A DNA stretch of 64,000 bases. Source: Albidovulum sp. (GTDB taxonomy: Bacteria; Pseudomonadota; Alphaproteobacteria; Rhodobacterales; Rhodobacteraceae). The stretch covers positions 3,754 to 67,753 of the forward strand of contig JBAOHB010000014.1 of NCBI GenBank assembly GCA_037046705.1. The letters are read 5' to 3'. A program made the position numbers and the translations under genes. The notes under the pieces were generated by a model. It worked only from the letters and a program-made list of their open reading frames with translations. It was not told the origin of the DNA and made no database searches. Shown one piece after another: positions 57,201-64,000 of this stretch (positions are counted from its first letter, which is position 1; each line of letters starts with the position of its first letter).

Positions 57201-57431
57201 GGATGCGACGATGCCGCATCGATCGCACAACAGATCATCGACATCATCAAATCGCACCTGATCGTCGACATTTGGTCGAACGAAGTGGCCCAGAACAATC
57301 TACGCAACGCCATAGACGACTACTTCTTCGACGTTCTCCGCGACAAGCAAGGCATAGACCTCCCCGTTGAGGTGCTCGACGATCTCGAACTGAAGATCAT
57401 GGACCTCGCCCGGGCCCGGTTCGCGGCATGA
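54205..57431 (+). CDS. hsdR: Type I R-M restriction/helicase subunit, frame break near 54418
   Basis: The N-terminus MDRGHGFDTREKHQSQVPALQLL switches frame before FDLEDAHEAMRRL. Has CDIVAFVNGIPIMVIENKR (nuclease), GSGKSLTM (Walker A) and VLVDESHR (DEAH). Confidence 0.9.
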
Positions 57432-58144
57432 CGCGCGAGTTGCACTGCATGCGTTACGGCGAGCAGGAGATCCGATACGAAATCGTCCGCCGCCCGAGGA
57501 AGACACTGGAGATTGCCGTCGAGCCGGATGCGTCGGTGGTGATCGCAGCCCCGGAAGACGCGACGCTGGAAGCCATAGAAGCCAAGCTGCGGAAGCGGGC
57601 AGCCTGGGTGACAAGGCAGCAACGGTACTTCTCACAGTTCCTGCCGCGGACGCCGGAGCGCAGGTTCGTCGCCGGAGAGACGCATCTCTACCTCGGGCGC
57701 CAGTACCGGCTGAAGGTCGTGCCGCATGTGCAGGAAGGCGTGAAGCTGATCCGCGGCTTCATCGTCGTGCAGACTCATCGGCCGACAAGGCCGGAAGTAA
57801 CGCGCGAACTGGTCGATGCCTGGTACCGGGATCGGGCCCACATAAAGTTCCCGGAGCGGATCGAACTCTGTCTCGGTCTCTTCCCGGATCCCGAGACATT
57901 TCGGCCGAAGGGGCTCATCGTGCGCCAGACCAGGCAGCGATGGGGATCCATGTCTCCGGCAGGCCGCCTCCTGCTGAACCGCCGCCTCGTGCAGGCGCCT
58001 GTCGACGCCATCGACTATGTCATCACCCACGAGCTTTGCCATGTGGCCGAGCCACATCACGGCCCCGCATTCTTCGAGCTCCTCGACAAAGTGATGCCCG
58101 ATTGGGAGCGTCGGAAACAGAGACTGGAACGGGCAATGGCCTGA
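57428..58144 (+). CDS. M48/YgjP-like (DUF45) metal-dependent hydrolase
   Basis: HExxH in YVITHELCHVAEPHH. Its ATG overlaps the hsdR stop. Confidence 0.8.
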   Translation: MTRELHCMRYGEQEIRYEIVRRPRKTLEIAVEPDASVVIAAPEDATLEAIEAKLRKRAAWVTRQQRYFSQFLPRTPERRFVAGETHLYLGRQYRLKVVPHVQEGVKLIRGFIVVQTHRPTRPEVTRELVDAWYRDRAHIKFPERIELCLGLFPDPETFRPKGLIVRQTRQRWGSMSPAGRLLLNRRLVQAPVDAIDYVITHELCHVAEPHHGPAFFELLDKVMPDWERRKQRLERAMA

Positions 58145-58475
58145 GAACTTCCGAACCCGGTCGCGGCAGACGCAAACGCAACTCCAATTCAAGAAATTTC
58201 CGCGGCTTGAAATTTCCCTCTTTCTACAACAGCTTACAAGAAATTCACCAAATCCGCACAGTCATGAGGTCCGGAGAATATCGGCCCTGAGAGACCGCTC
58301 CTATGCCTCCTGGCGCAGGTGCCAGTGCTCAGCCCCTCCCGCATAACCCTCGAAAACAACGGGAAAATCCGGCCGCCGCCGGATGGGGAGAACGCTTTCG
58401 CGAGGGCAAGTGGCGGAGGGGATGGGCCTACCGCCGAACCTTCTCCAAATTAACATATTGATTATATTCACAAAA

Positions 58476-59455
58476 TTAAGACGCGCTTGAACTCACACTA
58501 TGACGGCTGGGACGATTGTCCCGCTTCTCGACCTCACAGTCGGAAGCGCAGGGCAGCATCATCTCCGCGGTGAGGCCGCTTGTAGCGCCGGGGCGCGGAG
58601 AGGTCAGATGCAGGCGTGATCCGATGCGCTCGGCGATGGTGGCGACGATGGCGAGGCCGAGGCCGCTGCCTTCGGCGCTGCTGCCGGCGCGGGTAAAGCG
58701 GGTGGCGAGACGGGCAAGCGTTTCGGGAGGGATGGGCAGGCCGTCATTGGACACACGTAGGATGCCCTCTGAGGTGAGCGTCACGTCGACCGGTTTTGCC
58801 GGATCGCCGTGGCGCAGTGCGTTGTCGATCAGGTTGCGCAAGATGATGGCCAGCGCATCCGGGTCGAGGTCGGACAGAACCGCCGCTTCGGGCAGGCGAA
58901 GGCGGATGCGCTCGTCGCCCGCGTCGCGGCCCTGTTCCTCGACCAGTATCCGCACCACGGGGCACAGATCGGCGGCGCTGTCCCGGCGCAGCCTCGCCCC
59001 CTCGGCGCGGGCAAGCTGCATCAGGCGCTCGCTGACCCGTAGCAGGCGTTTCAGCGCCGCCTCCATCGCGGCCGCGCGCATCCGCGCGGCCGGGTCCGCC
59101 GTCTCGGCCTGAAGACGCTGTGCCTGGGCGATGGCGCCGGCCAGCGGGGTGCGCAGCTCATGCGCGGCGTTGGCGGCGAAACTCCGCTCGGCCTCGAAAG
59201 CGGCGGACAGGCGGCAGAGCACATCATCGAGCGTGGCGGCGATCGGGGCGAGTTCCGAAGGCAGATCGCCCGCGGACACCGGCGACAGATCCCGCGCGCC
59301 ACGCGCCGCCAGCCGCTCGCGCCAGCGTTGCAGTGGCGCAAGTCCCGCCCGCAGCGCCAGCCATATCGCCGCGAAGGCCAGCGGCACCACCACCAGAAGC
59401 GGCAGCAGCAACATCCACAGCGCCTCGCGCGCGATGCGGGCGCGGCGGGCAAGGG
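58476..59455 (-). pseudogene. Sensor histidine kinase lacking its 5' (N-terminal sensor/TM1) part
   Basis: TM2-HAMP onwards is present: H-box AHELRTPL, N-box LIDNALRHG, G2 GSGLGLAIV. Homology stops at ~59455, where glgX-derived sequence begins on the other strand. Confidence 0.7.
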
Positions 59456-59964
59456 CGCTGATGGCCACGCTGATGCTGTCGCAGGGCGTGCCGATGATCC
59501 TTGCCGGCGACGAGATGGGCAATTCGCAGGACGGCAACAACAACGCCTATGCCCAGGACAACCCGACCGGCTGGCTGGACTGGTCCGGCGCGGGCGGCGA
59601 GCTTGAACAGGTCCTGCGCGATCTGGTGGCCTTCCGCCGGCAAAGCGGCCTGTCGCAGGATGCCTTCCTGAAGGGCGAGGGCGAAGGCCCGGTCGCCTGC
59701 TGGCTGCACCCCCGCGGCGGGCCGATGGCAGAGGGCGACTGGCAGGACGGCGATCTGCGCGTCTTCGGCCTGCGGCTCGATCTGGCCGCCGGGCCGTTGC
59801 TTTTCCTGTTCAATGCCGGGGGCGATGCCGATTTCGCCCTGCCCGAGGGCGCGTGGCGCTGCGTTCTGGACACCTCGGCCGGGCAGGTGTTGCGCGACGA
59901 GGCGGCGGAAGGTGTCCGCAGGGTCGAGGGCCAGTCGGTCGCTGCGCTGCAGCCCGCGCCCTGA
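59455..59964 (+). pseudogene. glgX: Glycogen debranching enzyme 3' fragment
   Basis: ALMATLMLSQGVPMILAGDEMGNSQDGNNNAYAQDN is the conserved GH13 region VII onwards. The upstream part of ORF 59131..59964 is antisense to the kinase. Confidence 0.7.
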
Positions 59965-60001
59965 CTGGCCTGCGGAAAGGGCCTGCGGAAAGGGGAAGAC
60001 C

Positions 60002-60616
60002 ATGGCGAACCGCGGATTGATCCATGGCCCGCTGAAGCCCGGTGCGGTGCATCTTTGCGTCGACATGCAGCGCCTTTTCGCTGCGGGTTCGCCATGGGAG
60101 GTGCCCTGGATGGACCGCATCCTGCCCGCGGTGGAAGCCATCTGCGCCCACTGGCCCGAACGCACGGTCTTCACCCGCTTCATCCCCCCGGCCGCGGCCA
60201 AGAAGGCGGGCGGCACATGGCGGCTTTACTGGCGCAAGTGGCAGGAGATGACGCTTGAGGCCAAGGGTGCCGGAATGATCGGCCTGCTGCCGGCTCTGGA
60301 GCGGTTCGCGCCGCCGGCGCGGGTGGTGGACAAGCAGGTCTATTCCCCGTGGCTCGACCCCGCGCTGGACGGGATATTGCGCGGGATGGACGCCGACACG
60401 CTGATCGTGACCGGCGGCGAGACCGATGTCTGCGTGCTGGCCAGCGCGCTTGGCGCCATCGACCGGGGCTATCGCCTCGTCATGGTGGCCGATGCCCTGT
60501 GCAGTTCCTCGGACCGCACGCATGACGACCTGATGGAACTTTACCTGCACCGCTTCTCGGTCCAGATCGAGACCGCCGGGGCCGAAGAGGTGCTGGCAGC
60601 ATGGGGGCGGGCATGA
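60002..60616 (+). CDS. Isochorismatase-family cysteine hydrolase
   Basis: MANRGLIHG (internal ATG of ORF 59813..60616) and TGGETDVCVLASAL. Confidence 0.75.
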   Translation: MANRGLIHGPLKPGAVHLCVDMQRLFAAGSPWEVPWMDRILPAVEAICAHWPERTVFTRFIPPAAAKKAGGTWRLYWRKWQEMTLEAKGAGMIGLLPALERFAPPARVVDKQVYSPWLDPALDGILRGMDADTLIVTGGETDVCVLASALGAIDRGYRLVMVADALCSSSDRTHDDLMELYLHRFSVQIETAGAEEVLAAWGRA

Positions 60617-62436
60617 CGCCGCCCCCGGCCCGCGTCCACCGGATGCGTTTCGGCGCCGAGGTCCATGACGGGGGCACCCGTTTTCGCCTCTGGGCGCCGA
60701 AATGCCGCCGGATCCGGCTGCAGATCGGGGAGGGCGCGCCGCTGGCGATGGATCGTGACGATCAGGGCTGGCATCGGGTGGATGTGAAGGGGGTCCGCGC
60801 AGGCGCGCGCTATGCGTTCCTCATGCCGCGCGGCAAGCCCTTCGCCGATCCCGCCTCGCGGTTCCAGCCCGGGGGGCTGGAGGGACCAAGCGAGGTGATC
60901 GACCCCGCCGCCTACCGCTGGCGGCACAGCGGCTGGCGCGGCCGGCCCTGGGAAGAGGCGGTGATCTACGAAATCCACCCCGGCGCCTTCACGCCCGAGG
61001 GCACATGGTCCGCGGCGGCGAAGCGGCTGGACCACCTTGCGGCGCTGGGCGTCACCGCGGTGGAGTTGATGCCGCTGGCGCAATGCCACGGCGATTTCAA
61101 CTGGGGCTACGACGGCGCGCTGTGGTTCGCGCCCCATGCCGCCTATGGCCGGCCCGAGGCGCTGAAGGCCTTCGTCGATGCCGCCCATGGCCGCGGGATC
61201 ATGGTCTTCCTCGACGTGGTCTACAACCATTTCGGCCCGGTCGGGAACATGCTGCCGAAGCTCGGCCCGTTCCTTACCTCGCGCCACCGCAGCCCCTGGG
61301 GCAAGGCGGTCAACTTCGACGGCCGCGGCTCGTCGGTCGTGCGGGAGTTCGTGGTGGAGAACGCGCTTTGCTGGCTGACCGAGTTCAACCTGGACGGGCT
61401 GCGCTTCGACGCCACCCATACCTATGCCGACGACAGCAACACCCATATCCTGGAACTGCTGTCGGCGCGGCTGCGCGCGGGCGATCCGCAGCGGCAGGTC
61501 CACCTGATCGCCGAGAATTCCGAGAACCGCGAAAGGTGGATCCGCCGCGACGCGCTTTTGCGCCCGGTGCATTGCACGGCCCAGTGGAACGACGACCTGC
61601 ACCATGTCCTTCATGCCGCGGCGACCGGCGAAACTGGCGGCTACTATGCCGATTACGACAACGACACCCCGGCCTTCGAAAAGCTTGGCCGTGCGCTGGC
61701 CGAGGGCTTCGCCTATCAGGGCGAGGTGAAGAAGCACGAGGGCGGGCGGCGGGGCGAGCCCTCGGAAGGGCTGCCGCCGACGGCCTTCGTCGCCTATGTG
61801 CAGAACCACGACCAGATCGGCAACCGGGTGCGGGGCGACCGTATCCATAAGCTTGCGCCGCCCGCGGCGGTCGAGGCCTTCGCGGCGGTCTGCACCTTGT
61901 CGCCGCAGATCCCGCTGATCTTCATGGGCGAGGAATTCCGCGCCGCCAGCCCGTTTCCCTTCTTCTCGGCCATGCCCGAGGGAATGCGGGCAGAGACGCT
62001 GAAGGGGCGGCGGCAGGAACTGAGGAAGACGCCCGAGCCGCATGAGCCCGGCAAGCCCGACGTGGACGACACCCCCGATCCCGCCCTGCGCGAGACCTTC
62101 CTTTCCGCCAAGCTGGACTGGCGCGAGGTGACGCATGCCGAGGGCCGGGCGGCGCTCGGGCTTTACCAGGCGCTTCTCGACCTGCGCCGGCACGAGATCG
62201 TGCCGCGGCTTGTCGGGATGGAGGGCTTTGCGGGGGCCTACGAGCGGCTCGGGGAGGATGCGGTCCGCGTCCACTGGCGGATGGGCGACGGCACGTCTTT
62301 GCACCTGCGCCTGAACATGAGCAGCCGATGGCAGGCGGGCGCGGGCGATTGTCCCGGCCGGCGATTGTGGCTGAGCGGCGCGGTGGAGGGCGACCGGATG
62401 GCGCCCTGGACCGTGCTGTGGACCATCGAGACCTGA
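60613..62436 (+). CDS. treZ: Malto-oligosyltrehalose trehalohydrolase (GH13)
   Basis: FGAEVHDGGTRFRLWAP, YEIHPGAFTPEGTW, GIMVFLDVVYNHFGP, LDGLRFDATH. Confidence 0.85.
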   Translation: MTPPPARVHRMRFGAEVHDGGTRFRLWAPKCRRIRLQIGEGAPLAMDRDDQGWHRVDVKGVRAGARYAFLMPRGKPFADPASRFQPGGLEGPSEVIDPAAYRWRHSGWRGRPWEEAVIYEIHPGAFTPEGTWSAAAKRLDHLAALGVTAVELMPLAQCHGDFNWGYDGALWFAPHAAYGRPEALKAFVDAAHGRGIMVFLDVVYNHFGPVGNMLPKLGPFLTSRHRSPWGKAVNFDGRGSSVVREFVVENALCWLTEFNLDGLRFDATHTYADDSNTHILELLSARLRAGDPQRQVHLIAENSENRERWIRRDALLRPVHCTAQWNDDLHHVLHAAATGETGGYYADYDNDTPAFEKLGRALAEGFAYQGEVKKHEGGRRGEPSEGLPPTAFVAYVQNHDQIGNRVRGDRIHKLAPPAAVEAFAAVCTLSPQIPLIFMGEEFRAASPFPFFSAMPEGMRAETLKGRRQELRKTPEPHEPGKPDVDDTPDPALRETFLSAKLDWREVTHAEGRAALGLYQALLDLRRHEIVPRLVGMEGFAGAYERLGEDAVRVHWRMGDGTSLHLRLNMSSRWQAGAGDCPGRRLWLSGAVEGDRMAPWTVLWTIET

Positions 62437-63393
62437 TCAGCCCAGGCCCGGCAGCACCTTTGCGCCGAAGGTTTCGATGAACTCCCGCTGGTTGCGGCCG
62501 ACGCAATGCAGATGCACCACGTCGCCAAGGTCGCACAGCGCGGCGATGCGGTCGCGGTGCCAGCCGGGATCGGCCGAGACGGCGATGCAGGCCCGCATCG
62601 CATCCTCGCCGACCAGCCCGCCGATGCGGTCGAAATCGGCCGGGCGGCGCAGGTCCCAGTTCACCTCGCCCCCCGCCACCACCGGGGCCCATTGGTCCAT
62701 CGCCAGCGCCAGCGCGCGGGCCTCGTCTTCGGCCCAGGACAGCGCATGCTGGATATGGACGGGCTTGCCCGCGCCGCCGCCCGCCCGGAACGCCCCGATC
62801 ACCCGGGCCACATCCTCGGGCCGGCCGCCGGTGGTCAAAAGGCCATCGGCCCATCCGGCGACCTCTGCCGCCGTTTCCGGGCTGACCGCGGCCCCGAACA
62901 TCGGCACCGGGTCGGCGGGCAGGGTGTAGAGCCGCGCCTCGACCACCGTCACCCGGCCGCGATGGGTGACGGTCTCGCCGGCGAAAAGCGCCCGGATGAT
63001 CGCCGCGCATTCGCGCAGGCGGGCGTTGCGTTCGGCCTTGTCGGGCCAACAGGTGCCGAGGATCGCCTCGTTGATCGCCTCACCGCTGCCGAGCGCCAGC
63101 CAGAACCGGCCGGGGAACATCCGGGCCAGCGTCGCCGCGGCCTGCGCGACGACGGCGGGGTGATGGCGCCAGCCCGGGGCGGTGATCAGGCCGAAGGGCA
63201 GGGCGGTCGCCTGCATCGCGGCGCCAAGCCAGCTCCAGGCGAAGCCGGACTGGCCCTGCCGCTCGCTCCACGGATGGAAATGGTCGGAGGACTTTGCCGC
63301 CGCGAACCCCGCCGCTTCGGCCAGCCGGACAAGGCCCAGCAACTCTTCGGGCGCGAATTGTTCGTGCGAGGCGTGATAGCCGATCCGGGGCAA
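62437..63393 (-). CDS. LLM-class flavin/F420-dependent oxidoreductase
   Basis: MPRIGYHASHEQFAPEELLGLVRLAEAAGFAAAKSSDHFHPW. Intact 318 aa. Confidence 0.75.
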   Translation of the reverse strand: MPRIGYHASHEQFAPEELLGLVRLAEAAGFAAAKSSDHFHPWSERQGQSGFAWSWLGAAMQATALPFGLITAPGWRHHPAVVAQAAATLARMFPGRFWLALGSGEAINEAILGTCWPDKAERNARLRECAAIIRALFAGETVTHRGRVTVVEARLYTLPADPVPMFGAAVSPETAAEVAGWADGLLTTGGRPEDVARVIGAFRAGGGAGKPVHIQHALSWAEDEARALALAMDQWAPVVAGGEVNWDLRRPADFDRIGGLVGEDAMRACIAVSADPGWHRDRIAALCDLGDVVHLHCVGRNQREFIETFGAKVLPGLG

Positions 63394-63483
63394 GGCCGTC
63401 TCCCGCTGCCTGCCGGTGCAACCCCGCAGCGGGCGCGTGGTTCCCCGCAGGACCGGGGATACCCCTTGCGCGCCATCGGCCCC

Positions 63484-64000
63484 TCAGTGACCGCCCATCC
63501 GGCGGCCGATTTCGGCGCGGTCGGTGGTCTCTACCGGCTGCGCCGGGCCAAGCCTGCCTTCGGACATCACGGCGATGCGGTCCGACAGTTCCAAAATCTC
63601 GTCCAGATCCTCGCTGATCAGCAAAACGGCGGCACCGCGATTGCGCTGGTCCATGATCTGCGCCCGGATCTCGGCCACCGAGGCGAAATCCAGCCCGAAA
63701 CAGGGGTTGGCGACGATCAGCACGTCGACCTCGCCCGACAGTTCCCGCGCCAGCACCGCGCGCTGCACATTGCCGCCCGACAGCGTTTCGATCGGCGCAT
63801 CGGCAGAGCTGGTCCTGACGTTGTAGCGCCGGATCAGATCCTCGCCCTCGGCCCGCAGTCTGGCCGGCGAGATCAGGCCAAGGCGCCCGGCCAGTGGCGG
63901 CTTGTCGAAGCGGCGGAAGGCGATGTTCTCGGCCACGCTCATCCGGGGGACGACGGCGTTGCGCAGGGGCTCTTCGGGCAGGCCGAAGACCCTGAAGCGA
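63484..64000 (-). CDS. ABC transporter ATP-binding protein, C-terminal part (5' end beyond window)
   Basis: Signature LSGGNVQRAVLAREL, Walker B DVLIVANPCFGLD. The frame stays open upstream of the listed M to the window edge. Confidence 0.75.
   Translation of the reverse strand, partial: RFRVFGLPEEPLRNAVVPRMSVAENIAFRRFDKPPLAGRLGLISPARLRAEGEDLIRRYNVRTSSADAPIETLSGGNVQRAVLARELSGEVDVLIVANPCFGLDFASVAEIRAQIMDQRNRGAAVLLISEDLDEILELSDRIAVMSEGRLGPAQPVETTDRAEIGRRMGGH

Noticed and set aside
59131-59454. N-terminal 108 codons of ORF 59131..59964, and the first ~30 codons of minus ORF 58476..59543
   Set aside because: Each is just the antisense read-through of the other truncated gene. Recognisable homology (glgX on plus, kinase on minus) starts or stops at ~59455.

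Overview
High-GC, alphaproteobacterial-looking window. A ~42-kb siphovirus-type prophage, mostly on the minus strand, occupies about 6.77-48.5 kb. Read right to left it contains: a CI-type immunity region plus a DUF2924/large-serine-recombinase cassette (44.5-48.5 kb); an early replication/recombination module (Sak4-like ATPase, DUF669-like protein, Cas4-like nuclease, RecD-like helicase, Toprim/VirE primase, RuvC-like resolvase, two DNA methyltransferases); a lambda-like head module (TerS/TerL, gpW, lambda-family portal, ClpP-type protease, gpD-like decoration, gpE-like capsid); and an RcGTA-like tail module (tail tube, chaperone pair with a -1 slippery site, tape measure, DUF2460, DUF2163, NlpC/P60 peptidase, host-specificity gene). 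The host-specificity gene is cut off at ~6772. A complete lysis cassette sits inside the baseplate operon. Three plus-strand inserts interrupt the minus-strand phage operons: vapBC (13.2-13.8 kb); a markedly low-GC two-gene cassette of unknown function whose products share a C-terminal motif (16.0-17.3 kb); and a lower-GC ~3.2-kb ORF, or ORF trio, with an Mrr-like nuclease N-terminus next to an iteron array (31.0-34.3 kb). I rank the last as the best candidate for an undescribed prophage-borne defence gene. To the right of the prophage lies a tightly coupled type I R-M operon with embedded rhuM, DUF2188, DUF4917 and M48/YgjP-like genes and an extra half-size hsdS (48.6-58.1 kb). Flanks: left 0-6.77 kb has a broken SF1 helicase, pfkB kinase, phospho-sugar mutase, broken LLM oxidoreductase and a hydrolase fragment. 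Right 58.5-64 kb has a truncated histidine kinase fused back-to-back to a glgX 3' fragment, an isochorismatase-family gene, treZ, an LLM oxidoreductase and a partial ABC ATPase. Many recognisable genes carry frame breaks, so sequence quality or decay must be resolved before interpreting pseudogenes. No rRNA, intact tRNA or CRISPR array was seen. All family assignments rest on motifs recognised by eye; no searches were run.
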